Assembly: GCA_951406725.2 (NCBI GenBank)
Contig: OX597819.1
Span: 4,278,001 to 4,342,000, forward strand
DNA from: Octopus vulgaris
Lineage: Eukaryota
DNA: 64,000 bases
Reading direction: 5' to 3'
This document shows, in pieces, positions 41,668 to 54,849 of the stretch. The notes below the pieces were generated by a model. The model was not told where the DNA came from, made no database searches, and worked only from the letters and a program-made list of their open reading frames with translations. Positions within the stretch are counted from its first letter, which is position 1, and every line of letters starts with the position of its first letter. A program made the translations under genes and the position numbers.

Positions 41668-42238
41668 GGTATATACCTAAAACGCCGCTTACTTTCAAGG
41701 GTAAGAACATTCGAGACAAAGAAGGAGTTGTAACCCTAAACATTTTAACTGCTAAAAATATTAAAATTCTCCGTTGCCCTGAAATATTTCCCTAAATTTT
41801 TAGTAAAATGTAGCTCTGGACACAGAGTTTTGAGAAATATTAACGAGGGTATGATTACTTTTCAAACAGCTGTCATCATACGTTGGTTGAGCAGGACTGT
41901 TCTGGACTTAAACAATATTACATATTTTGTACTGGGCAAAATTATCACATCTTTAAATGCCCAACAAAAATGTCAATTAAAGTAACATTACGTAAATCCA
42001 GCACCTTTCAATGTACATTTTCAAATGTCATAGAAATCTTTGAATTTACCAAAACATTGTCTTTCAGATCACAAACCCTACACAATATATAGCACATTTA
42101 GATGTTGCAATTTCCCGAGTGTTTTACTATAGTAATCTGAACCCCACTCGGTCTTTTGACCTACACATAAATGACCGTCCCACATTTCAACTAAACATAA
42201 GCACATCTTCAAACAAACACACACACTCTCGCCCACAC

Positions 42239-42374
<136 letters not shown>

Positions 42375-42562
42375 TAAGCAATAAAGGGTTTAGCAACGAA
42401 TTGCCTTACCACAGACCGAATTTAGAAATAGCAGTCAAAGAGTTATAGCTATTTCTTCTACTAAAAAGGAGATCTCAGTAAAAAACACAGCAATTGGAAG
42501 GCAGACACAAACAGGTAAGAGAGAATGAATTGACGGCAATCTATCATACAATTTTAAGTTAT

Positions 42563-42660
42563 CTACGGACGCACGTTTCGAAATCAAGTTTTTAGGAAAG
42601 CATGAGAATTAAATATTAAATAATTCTACGTTACCCAAACTTCTTTTCTCTTCAGCGTAG
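42563..42660 (-). ncRNA. Type I hammerhead ribozyme, family F (canonical GUC site)
   Basis: CTACG-CTGAAGA-GAAA...(AAGTTT/AAACTT and AGAATTA/TAATTCT stems)...TTTC-GAAAC-GTGC-GTC-CGTAG. Confidence 0.8.
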
Positions 42661-43208
42661 AATACTATAATCATAAGTGATTATATATTGAATTTTGAGA
42701 TACTAATATATATACATATATATATATGTATATATATATATGTATATATATATATATGTATATATATATGTATATATATATATATGTATGTATATAGATA
42801 TATATACACACACACGCAATATATATACATACATACAAGCGGAATAGATGAAGCAGTGGACAACTGATAAAGGGAATGTTCTTTATGTTATAAGTGTCGT
42901 TTCTCTGGGTTTTTTTCGTTATTCGAAAACAAGTTCGTTTCTATGTTTTTGCTTTTATGTTTTCGTTTCCCATTGTGTCTAGGTTTTATTTTGATGTCGT
43001 GCACCCATATATGCATGTATACATACATCTATATATAGGTATGTACATATATGTATGTACATAGGCATATATTTATATATTATTTATATTATATGATCGA
43101 ACACCACACAACCTTTTCCAAGTAAGTTTTATCTACATACATATACATACATACATACATATACATACATACATACATACATACATACATACATACATAC
43201 ATACATAC

Positions 43209-43435
43209 AGCGAGCTGGCAGAAACGTTAGCGCCCCGGGTGAAATGCTTAGCGGTATTTCGTCTGACATTACGTTCTGAGTTCAAATTCCGCCGAGGTAG
43301 ACTTTGCCTTTCATCCTTTCGGGGTCGATAAATAAAGTACCAGTTTCGCACTGGGGTCGATGTAATCGACTTAATCCATTTGTCTGTCCTTGTTTGTCCC
43401 CTCTATATTTAGCCCCTTGTGGGTAGTAAAGAAAT
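43209..43435 (+). mobile_element. Full-length SINE family M
   Basis: Near identical to 23286-23512. Confidence 0.9.
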
Positions 43436-43506
43436 ATATATATATATACGATAAAATTTACTTGGAAAAGGATGCGTGGCGTTCGATCATATAATAATAT
43501 AAATAA

Positions 43507-44249
43507 CTAGCTAAAGGTGACCCGCTCTACGCGCGGGTGAGGGTGTGGTAGTTACTTTCTCTTGCTTCCTTTCTGTTTCTTATCGCCACATTCACCCTCT
43601 TTGTTTCTATCTCCTTTCTCTCTCACATTCACACTCTCTTACTCTTCCTATCTCTCGGACTCTCCCTCTCTTTCTCTTACTATCTGTCTTTCTCTATCTA
43701 TCGCTCTCCCATTTATAAAAAAAATAGATTTCCGCGCCTAAATTGTAAATCCGCTTTCACTTTATCATGTTGAAAATTTGATTGAAATCGGGCAAAAGGT
43801 GTCCAATCTAAACTCGCAAGTGTCCCCAAAAATCAATAAAATCCCCATTTTCACACCAAAGCAACCACTATATAGCCCCAAAACGTTTCCCAATCAATTT
43901 CTCACCTCAAGTTACCTCCTCCTGTAAATTTTAATCCTCTTCCAGCCCCATTTAGACCCCTTTTTACATAAAAATCCAATTTGTATCAGCGTTCGACTTC
44001 TTCATTTTATAGATGAGACAGATATACTCGGCCTTACTCGGGATTAAAATAGTTTATTATTGTTTTACTTGTTTCGGCATTAAAACCCGATTTCATTCGG
44101 GTCTAAGCGGGCCACATTTAAAAAAAATGAGGAATTTTACCCTTGAGGCCATGTCTTTCAATAGAGCAAACTCAAGGTTCCCATGCAAACTCGCTAGCAC
44201 TTTTAACATAGGTGTGCATATTTTCAGCTCAATCCGACCACATATCCAC

Positions 44250-44260
<11 letters not shown>
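43507..44260 (-). mobile_element. Non-autonomous Helitron
   Basis: Minus-strand 3' hairpin CCCGC-GCGTAGA-GCGGG then CTAG|T at 43507; 5' end approximate. Confidence 0.6.
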
Positions 44261-44296
<36 letters not shown>

Positions 44297-44934
44297 TTAC
44301 GCATAAAATATGTACATATATACGCATTATATATACATGTCTACATATATATATACACGCATATATATAAATATATACACTGTATACCCCCTACATGGCC
44401 TTGCTATTTGCTTTTGAGCCAAATTAACTAACTAACTAACTAACACACACCCACACATATATATATGTATACACATTATTTACATATACATATATATATA
44501 TATATATATAAACATATATAAATTAACACAATATATCTAATTAATAATATATTTTATGATTGTGCGATGGTGGTGGGCGATAATAATTCACCGTTCTAAA
44601 AGACCAGTGGCAGGGAATTTTTAAACTTTTGCGGCTGTCAACGCTTTCTCTCTTTAGATAAGACAGACGTACAGTGAGAGAGGTGGTGGGAGAAAGAGTG
44701 ACAGAGAGACGAAGCTGTCAAACGTCATTATAGAGAGAAAAAAATTGCTCTTTTTGCCATAGCAACCACATCTTTATAGCTTGCGAATTGTAACCATCAC
44801 GGATCTCATCCTCACCACGCATTTAGTATCCCTGCCAATTTTCAGCTCGATCCTAGCCTCAGTTTGACCATCATTAACCGTCAAAGCAAAATGTGCATAC
44901 AATTTTCGTTCAAGGACTGTTTTATAGAGATAGA

Positions 44935-45390
44935 TATATAAATATATACATATATACATACATATATGTAGATACCTACATGTATATGTATATATACATG
45001 CATATATGGGTACAGGACATCAAAAAAACGTTGAACACAATGAGAAACGAAAACATAAAAACAAAAACATAGAAACGAACTTTTTTTCAAACAACGAAAA
45101 AAGCAGAGAAACAAGACATACAACACAAGGACTTTTCCTCTTCTTCAGTTGTCCCTGTTTCATCTACTCCACGTTTCGAAGGTAAGGAGTAGACGAAACA
45201 GCGATAACTCTCTGCTTTTTTCGTTGTTTGAAAAAAAAGTTCCTTTCTATGTTTTTGTTTTTCTGTTTTCGTTTCTCATTGTGTTCAAAGTTTTTTTGAT
45301 GTCCTGTGCCCATATATACATGTATATATATACATATACATGTAGGTATGTGCATACATGTATGTATATATGCATATATTTATATATGAT
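44935..45390. mobile_element. Imperfect fold-back of a PLE-like terminal repeat
   Basis: 44935-45110 is inverted at 45210-45390; a third copy lies at 42840-43110. Confidence 0.75.
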
Positions 45391-46072
45391 TTATATTATC
45401 ATATATATATACATATACATGTGTGTGTGTGTGTGTGTACAATTGTGGTTACAGCTTTGGTAATTTTTCAGCTATTACTGCATGATTTATCTAACATTCT
45501 TCGATCATTCGCTTATAAATTTTGCTGGAAATCAACTTAAGGTAATGATTATTCAATCTGATGTTACCAGTTTGACTCGTAACAGTGAAGAACGACAAAT
45601 TCAACAACAGAAAATTATACGATTCAACGGGGACGTCTCTATGTCATTGCTTGACTAGCCAATAAGGCAACCAAATTTTCTTGAAATCACGCCACACCCT
45701 CTTAAAAAGGAGTGAGGAAACATTACAATCCAAGCTACTATAGTCATGACTACTACTAGACAGACCGGATGGCCACGGCTAGAGTGCTTTCAATTATGAG
45801 TTTGATGTTATATTGTGAGCACTGACATGAACCATATTCGCACAATAGAAAGAGACATTTGTATACAAATAATAAATCAAATTCACAATTAATTTATTCT
45901 TGCCTCGTTTGGGGCTCAGATCGTTTTTATAGTAAACCACATTAAACTACAAAGATAAGAGCACACTTAGTATTGTACACAAACCACAACCAAAAGTCAG
46001 GCGAACGGATCTGCAACAGAGATCGAAGAATTGACAATTAAATCGAATAGCTCACCGCCGTATTCAATGAGC

Positions 46073-46318
46073 ATGCATACCTACAAACTTACATGCATAC
46101 ACACCTACATACATACTTACATACATGCCTACATACATACATACATGCATACATACATGCATACATACATACATACATGCATACATACATACATACAAAC
46201 ATACATACATACATACATACATACATACATACATACATACATACATACATACAAACATACATACATACATACATACATACATACATACATACATACATAC
46301 ATACATACATACATACAT
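46073..46318. repeat. (TACA)n microsatellite
   Basis: Read directly. Confidence 0.95.
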
Positions 46319-48341
46319 GGGAGTCTAGAAGATCTTGCTTATCAAAGCCATAAAAAACGTGTACGAAATAACATTATATAGAAAGGCATTTTTATGTTAT
46401 TGTTGAAAGCTCCAAATTTCACATTCTGTTCTAATACATACACGATACTTTAGAAAACCACTCCGACACCACCCTAAACTCCACCTCCCATTTTGTTCAG
46501 TTTTACATTAAAAGTATTTAAACAGAAACCAACCGAAATTATGTTGGGTTGTATACCATGAATGAGTAGCACATGGAAACGCAACTGACGATCTCTGATT
46601 GAGTTCATTCTCTTCCTTCTACATGGCCAAAATCAGAGATCACAAGCATATACAAACAGTACCATGAACAAAGTATTACTAAAGTTTTAAACCACTATAC
46701 ATATCGAAATTTCCTGGTGTGCCACATCCAGACAGAGACATCGTATATCTGGGACAAAAGATAGCAGCATCTCATATTAAATTTTGATGGATTCCCTTCG
46801 TCGTATGAATCTATCAAATTAAGATCAATCTCGCTCTAGCTCTCGCTCACCTTCTTTCTCTTTCACTCACTCCCGCCATTGCATAAAGTTGTGTGATATA
46901 AACTTGCTGGAAAGAATTCCTGTCGCGATTTATGTACTCGAATACTCGTCCTCACCTCGAGTATTGTTGTGGTTTCCCTTCACGAAACAAGTAATTAAAA
47001 AATTTAACCTTTTTTTATATAATGGCGCTTTGCAGACGTGCGATTCTAAGTTCTTCCACCACTAAAAATTATAGCTTATTTGGTCATCAGCTTGGCCGAT
47101 GATATAGAATTATCCATGTTTGTTTTTCTCCATTCCGTTAATTTTCGTACTCGTTTTTCACTGTTTCGAAACAGCGATTTGCAGGATGTTTATGTCCTCC
47201 ATTTCGACGCATATGGCCGATGTTATCCATAATGTGTCTGCTATTTGAGGGACATTCTTGATAACGACTTTTGTTACCCTCTGGCCAAGGTAACTGGGTG
47301 TCATCGTTAGCTCATCTGAATGAAGAGTTAGCGTTGAGAATTGTTTTGCTAACTCTTCATTTTGAAAAACTACCTGTACATGGGCAAACTTGTTCGACCA
47401 AGTTACATACTCTTTGTATCCCCAGATGGGGCGTAAGCATTTTTCGATTTTGTCTGTGTTTGCTTTTAGTTGTGTTGTTTATTATTTTATAAATAATCGT
47501 TTTCTTTTTTTGTCATTCAGTACGTGTTGTGGTATGTGTAATTGCACTTTGCCGTTTTCTTTGGTGATTAGGGCTCTGGTGTCCTTTATCTGCTGTGCAG
47601 TAAACGATACTATTGTTTTTTTCTTTTATCGCCTCGGCGAAGTTTGCTGTTGTTTTGTTATTGTTGTTACTGCTGGTGGTGTTGGTGTTGATGGCAGTGG
47701 TGTGGGTTGTGGGTATATTAGGTTTATGGTTGCTGATTATGCAACTAGCAATGGGTGGAAAGTTGCCTGCATAATTTGCCCCTGCGTTTGAGCAAATTTC
47801 GGCAACTCGTTTGGTGGTCGCGGTTTTTTCTTTGTCTCCTTCACTTGGTGGTGGAGGGAACAATGGCTGAAGGGAATTGTTGTTGTTGTTGTTTGTCGTT
47901 CTTGGTGGCGGCGGTGGTATTAGTAGCAAGTGAGGCAGTCGTAGTAGCAGATATTAAGGTGGTGGCATTGGTATTGACGACACGGCCTTTGGTGGCGGTG
48001 ATGGTGATTGGTCTGATGATCTTGATATTGTTATTGTTGTTGGTAGTGGTATCGTTAACAGAGGAAGCGGTTGTAGTAGCAGAAACCGCCGTGGTGGTGG
48101 TGTCGGTGTTGATGGTGGGATCATTGGTGGCGGTGACGGTGCTTGGCCTTACGACCTATGTTTTGTAGTTTTAAAATTTTAAAAATTTTGCCCACAAAGG
48201 GCGAAATTTTGCGTAGATATTAATCAAGATTTGCAGTGGATGTTGTTGCACAACTTTTAAACACGAAATATTTGACAATAAACACTTTTAAACGTACAAG
48301 ATGACCAACTTACTTGGAGCCCATTTGACTTGCGTCTGTCC

Positions 48342-48423
<82 letters not shown>

Positions 48424-48432
48424 GGATAGATG

Positions 48433-48500
<68 letters not shown>

Positions 48501-49994
48501 CTTTTGTCTGCTTGAGTATAAAATTTCTGCTCGACATATCTGTCCGACCCGAGTCATTTCATATCCAACTCTACGTGATAGCTGGTCACAGACGGATTTT
48601 CCTATTTCATACCGCCTGAAGAGAAACTGAACGTCCTGTATCCTGTAGCAGATGACTTACTAGAAGTTAAGATCACACATATTTCCTTTATATCGTGTAT
48701 CAGGCGTTAACTCTTTTCGTCTGTTCGTTCACTCATTTAACTTATGCCATGAGGATAAGAAAATCTAACATTTCAGTCCCACCCTTCTCCAATAATCAGC
48801 ATTTGATATTTCCTATCATCATGATTTATTAATATATCTTAATATTTGCATCATATTACATTAGAGTAAACGTTAAATCAGTGTTTCAAACGCAAATCAA
48901 AGTTACGAATAATACATGGGATGTTAAAAAAAAAAAAAAAGCCAGGATTTTTTTAAAATGTAGAATAAGTAAAATATAAGTAAAATATAAGACTTTCTTT
49001 TTCCCCTTTGAAGTTCTCCTACCCGATTAATCTCTATGATCTCTTCGTAGTTAATAAAATATCAAATGGAATTATGAACAGTAAATACATATTTACTCAT
49101 ATTTTCAGTCTTTCGATGTTACTAATACAAATTCATTCTCTCTCGATTTATTCCTCCGGCTGACCAAATGCTAATGGCCATGTGTTTTGGTTTCTTTTCT
49201 TCATTTATAATATTTCCAAACAGAAAGATTCAATTATAGTCATTGACTATTCAATTCCAGTGCATTAATGGTTACAATCAGAGAGAATCAAAGTGCCAAC
49301 ATGCTTGCTTGGAATTACATTTGTTCTTTCTGTAATGATTCATATTTTTCCTGTCAAACAGATTAATATTGTAATAAAACAGAAACCAACGACAATTAAT
49401 TAAAATTAAGAGGGATTTTTTTTATTATTATTAAAGGAAAATAGTGACTTCATTTTTTTATGAAATATCTCAAAAACAGCCCGTTTTAATTAATTATTGT
49501 TCCACAACAAGAGTTAGGTCAAGATAGTAACAGAGGTAATTTGTTATTAAAGAACAAAAGAAATTTGCAATCTCACGAATAAAAGATTAATGCAACAATT
49601 GATTTGTTCCAATTCAAACCAGTGATCAAATAAAGATTGTAAAATTGTTAGGGCTATGTTTCCATCCCATATTCTAGTAGATAGAACATAGACATAGGAA
49701 CTCCAATAAAATCGCCGTCTATAAAGTATACCAACGACAAGGAGTTGAATTCATTTCTTCAAGGATTCAAATTCATAATGTTCGATTACTAAGAGCAATG
49801 ATCTGTTTTTTAGTTTTTTTTTTAGTTTTTTTTTTTACTGGAGCACCTGTTTAAAGTTAGATAAACTGGTTTGATAAGGAGTATAGGTTATTTCCAAGAA
49901 CACAACGTATTGCTAGTGAGGGTATATGCACTTTTGACTCTATAATTTGTAGAGTAAGACGCTAATTCTCAGAAAACTGTGAAGCAAAATGATC

Positions 49995-50195
49995 CTTTCT
50001 ACTAAAGGCACACAGCCTGAAATTTTGTGGGGAGGGACTAGTTGATTACATCGACGCCAGTACTTATTTCATCGACCCCGAAAGGATGAAACACAAAATA
50101 GACCTCGGCGAAATTTGAACTCAGAACGTAAGGACGGACGAAATGCCACTAAGCATTTTGCCCGGCGTGCTAATGATTCTGCCAGCTCACTGCCT
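49995..50195 (-). mobile_element. SINE family M
   Basis: Core and head present. Confidence 0.85.
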
Positions 50196-51010
50196 TTGTG
50201 AAGCTAAATAATAAAATTATTAAAAAATCTTTTTGTTTCCAAAACTTCTCTTTAAATGCTTGGCAATTCCATTAAATCCTGAATAACACATGCTTCTTCT
50301 TTTTTTTTTTGCTTTTTTATGGTTAATAATGCTGCTTAAGGCTTTGAGGTAGCAGAATAGTTAGCACACCGGGCAAAATGCTTGTCAGATCGTCGACAAC
50401 TAAACTGGCTGCCACACAAAGTCTAATTGATGTAGAATGTGATTTTGAACATCTTCTGGGAAACAAGTTTGTCGAAGGGCAAATGACGTTAAAGGAATCA
50501 GTGGTTAACTAATGTGTACACATACATATTGAATTGATGCGAGTATGGTTGGTGAAATATTCACTTATAATCAAGTGGAATTTACATATGAAGTAAGTAA
50601 GCTTCATCTTCACAGCTTCGAAATTGGAGGTAGTGTCAGAATGGGTGCAAGATGGAAGACAAAATACTGGAAATTTTTTTATGACACACCAAGTCACATA
50701 GTATTTCGAGAGCAGGAGATTCAATCAACTATTTCTATTTTGGTAATTTTCTGCATTCTTTAACAAGGACGATTATCTCTAGCCATTAGACATATTGAAA
50801 GAGAAAATGAGTCTCACGTGAGCGCAGCTCTTTCTCATTAGACTAATATCTCTCATGACATGTATTTGTGTAAATATGTGTATCTATAGAAATAGATAGC
50901 TCGATACATAGAGATATACAACTGCATATATAGACACATACACACCTAATTTGTATGTGTGTGTATATGTATATGTGTCTGTGTACGTATGTATGTATAT
51001 ATTTATGTGT

Positions 51011-51270
51011 AAGGCGCGTGGACTAGTGATTTTGGTATTGCACTAACGATCGCGATGCTGTGGTTTCTATTCCCAGACCGTCTGAGCGTTTTGTTCTTGA
51101 GAGAACATTTCAATTCACTTTGGTCCAGTCCACTCAATTGTAAATCGGTAACCTTGCGATGACCTGGCGTTCTTGTCGAACCAAAGAGGTGGCATTGTTC
51201 GAAGGCTAAAACGAGAAGCACATTGTGACCAGTGGCATATAGCAACATCCGATAGTCTAGTTGATATCCT
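51011..51270 (+). mobile_element. SINE family V, diverged
   Basis: GGCGCGTGGACTAGTG head and CCAGTCCACTCA, like 19170. Confidence 0.7.
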
Positions 51271-51273
51271 GAT

Positions 51274-51308
<35 letters not shown>

Positions 51309-51647
51309 TCGGTTAGGCATAATCTATAACAGCGTTTGCCAACCTTATCATTTCGGGTCCCCTGTTTCGATTGGAGCCTCCAACTATATGAGCATTTCCT
51401 GACCCCACCCACGTCAGAAAACAACTTCTAAGCAACTGGTTGTTTTAATGGCAGAAGAAAGAGGGAAATTCCATTAGAAATGTTTTAACCGATTTTCTTG
51501 GTAAGTTTGGGGATTAGGAAAAAATACAAAGCACATTCCAACCTATGCACGCGTCTCCACATGTGTGCCATTTTTCATGCGAATCCACCCAGCCGTTTGG
51601 CTGTGAACCTCAAGACAAGAAAGAATACAACGATCGCCCATGTCCAA

Positions 51648-52136
51648 CAATTATTCGTTATCCATGATAAAACTCCGAGTTTCGGATGTCAGAGCAGAAA
51701 CCCACGCCGCCATCTCTTCAGTTATTTGGCCATCGAAAAAATGCGCATGAGATGGAAGGCTTTCTTTTACAACATGCAACATGGCAGAGGACACTACAGA
51801 GAATATATTCTGTGGTATTAAATCAAGAGTGATACCGGAATGGACATAGCCAATTTGAAAGAAGCGGCCCAGGATAGAACTGACTGGAGGACACTGATCC
51901 AACGAGTGACCGAGAGTCGACTTCGACTGAGCGGATAGAGAGAGATTAAATCAAAGAAATTCCCTCCAAAAATCAAAGGCTGGAAGGACCTACTGAAGCT
52001 CATGAACAATAACATTTCGTAAGTCTGTTAACACTTTAGGCATTTTTTCGACGGCCGGATAACTAAAGAGATGACGGTGTGGGTTTCCGCCCCGACATCC
52101 GAAACTCGAAGTTTTATCATGGCTACCGAATAATTG
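51648..52136. mobile_element. TIR-bounded non-autonomous DNA element (about 58-bp TIRs)
   Basis: CAATTATTCG..GAAACCCAC (51648-51704) is inverted at 52079-52136. Confidence 0.7.
51820..51945 (+). pseudogene. RTE-clade LINE 3' end
   Basis: IKSDTGMDIANLKEAAQDRTDWRTLIQRVTESRLRLSG* followed by an AG repeat. Confidence 0.8.
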
Positions 52137-52236
52137 TCACATATTATATTTACAGATAAATTCCTAAATTTATATAATATCGAGGTCTCTTTCTTTCTTT
52201 TGCTGTTTTACCATTTCTATCAATATATATATATAT

Positions 52237-52640
52237 GCGCAGGATATATGGCTGTGTGGTAAGTAGCTTGCTAACCAACCACATGGTTCCGGGTTCAGTT
52301 CCACTGCGTGGCATCTTGGGCAAGTGTATTCTGCTATAGCCCCGGACCGACCAATGCCTTGTGAGTGGATTTGGTAGACGGAAACTGAAAGAAGCCTGTC
52401 GTATATATGAATATATATGAGTGTGTGTGTTTGTGTGTTTGTATTTGTCCCCCTAGCATTGCTTGACAACCGATGCTGGTGTGTTTATGTCCCCGTTACC
52501 TAGCGGTTCGGCAAAAGAGACCGATAGAATAAGTACTGGGCTTACAAAAAGAATAAATCCCGGGGTCGAGTTGCTCGATTAAAGGCGGTGCTCCAGCACG
52601 GCCGCAGTCAAATGACTGAAACAAGTAAAAGAGTAAAAGA

Positions 52641-52641
<1 letters not shown>
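52237..52641 (+). mobile_element. Full-length SINE family C
   Basis: tRNA-like head, TCTTGGGCAAGT, internal microsatellite, CR1-like tail and (GTAAAAGA)2 end. Confidence 0.9.
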
Positions 52642-52719
<78 letters not shown>

Positions 52720-52774
52720 AATATACATATATAAATATATATGTGTGTGTGTGTTTGCGCGTGCGTGTGTGTAT

Positions 52775-52900
52775 GTGTGGCTTGATCAATAAATATCTGG
52801 ACTGTTGCTATAGTAACGAAGCTAAGCACGCAGAGCTAAGCCGCTTGGCAAAGATTGACCTTGAACTCTGCCGTGCATGTGCCATAAGTTTTCACGTTCT
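52775..52900 (+). mobile_element. Mariner left-end fragment
   Basis: Matches 28540-28660. Confidence 0.75.
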
Positions 52901-52954
52901 GAAATGGGCTTATAATGGATCTTTAACTCTGTATTGTAAAAACGGAAGTTATAA

Positions 52955-53162
52955 TAATTCTAAATTTTGGCACAGAGCCAGCAGCTTTCAAGGTGATGGG
53001 TAAGTCGATCACATGACAACCTGAATGGTACTTAGTTTATTGACCTTGAAAGGACAAAAGGCAAAGTCGACCTCAGTGGAATTTGAATTCAGAACGTAAA
53101 GACAGATGAAATGGCCCTAAGACATTTTCCAAGCGAGCTAACTTTCTCCACTTCCCCGCCTT
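52955..53162 (-). mobile_element. SINE family M, diverged
   Basis: Core present. Confidence 0.75.
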
Positions 53163-53241
<79 letters not shown>

Positions 53242-53267
53242 TAATAATAACAATGATAATAATAATG

Positions 53268-53301
<34 letters not shown>

Positions 53302-53326
53302 TGATAATAATACACATATATGATAT

Positions 53327-53370
<44 letters not shown>

Positions 53371-53515
53371 AAGTGTATATGAGAAATGGACAAAAAGATT
53401 GATAACTAGGTAGGTAAATCTGATAGGACTGTGTTTGCGATATGTGTGCGTAAACAATCTATCTATCTAGCTCCCTCCCCTTCTCTCTCTAACTTTGTAT
53501 ATGTATGTATGTATG

Positions 53516-53570
<55 letters not shown>

Positions 53571-53719
53571 TGTATGTATTCATACACATACATATATGTA
53601 CATTCTACATATAACTAGATATGAATGAATGTGTGCACATATATATTATACAAATAGATAGATATGCATGCACTTATATATACAATAATTACATATATCC
53701 AGTATATCCGAATATCCAA

Positions 53720-54600
53720 CACATCCATCATATTTCCAGCACTTTTTCAGTCCTATTAATTTGATACGCTGGTCTTCTAACCTCATACTGGTGCTTCTGA
53801 CGCCTATTGTATGTCTCGTTTGATGCCTGACCAAAAATATACATAAAAATTATCCACAAAACTGCTGTGTTACGTTTGAAGTGTTCATGTCCTGAGGTCA
53901 ATATTTTAACAGTTTTGTCTAGCACATTGTATTACAACATTCTGATGGGGTTTTTTCCCAATATATATCTAGTTGCATAAAGCAACATAAACATATATTA
54001 TCGCCTTTCCGCAGGGATAAATAGTATCTGACTAAAACGGCCTAAGTTTCAGCAAAGTTTATTCTGCACTTTGTCAACGAGGCAAATGTCACAAATATTT
54101 TTGTCTGTTGAGATCAAAAATAAAACGTTTGGAAACTATTTCGCTTTCAACTCATTGATTTTCGATAGGTTAGTCCTGCAGTAGTGTTTAAAACATCATG
54201 AACTAGTATTTATTTACGACTTTGCAATATTCGTGATAAATTTACATAACCACGCCAAACATTTCTGTATAAAATATCATACATTCTTTTAGTCTAACAG
54301 CAAATTTATTAACAAAGCAACTGTTGAAATAATATTGAAGACAAATATGTAACATTATCGATCTACAAATATTTTACAATCCCTTTTATCAAACAAAACA
54401 AATTATTCCTATGTGTATGCTGTGGATAGTATAATATTACTCTAATAGTGACAATTAATCGATCTTCTATCTTTCGCTACTATATGCGATTGCTCCACAC
54501 CTCCCAAGTGGTTATTTGTACGTTGGAACGTTTGTTTTATACAGACTGTTACGCACTCTCTTATACCAGTAGTCTATAGTCTGGCGCATGGAGAGTCTAT
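53720..54600 (-). pseudogene. Decayed hAT (Charlie/Buster-like) transposase relic
   Basis: NVLDKTVKI...EVR resembles VL..AVKIVN...EVRWLS; heavily broken. Confidence 0.4.
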
Positions 54601-54849
54601 AATTTTCCAGATGGGTAACATTAGAAGCCGAAAATAAAATAAGGTAAAGGAGCAGAAAAAAATTAAATTAAAACTATGTATATAGGGAAATCTATGAATT
54701 AAATTACTTGCTTCTTGGTGGTATAATTCATAGATTCATATAAATTGTATTTCAAAGTTTAAATATTTGGTTAAAACAAAGCATTTAACGGATACTACAC
54801 AGTAATGCTACACACTTCCGGACGTATGCCTGCAATAAAATATCATCTA

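Larger units (their letters stand above)
40400..42180 (+). pseudogene. Decayed Penelope-like RT and GIY-YIG relic, interrupted by a CR1 tail and a SINE
   Basis: Traces of IY.K.T, HP..TK and CSGLKQYYI..TG (GIY-YIG-like). Confidence 0.45.

Noticed and set aside
47390-48168. Three overlapping 133-138 aa ORFs
   Set aside because: Degenerate GGT/GTT/GTA triplet repeat; no domain or splice support.
48612-48710. CGC-CTGAAGA-GAAA...TTTC hammerhead-like start
   Set aside because: No GAAA-NUH half follows; at best a dead copy.
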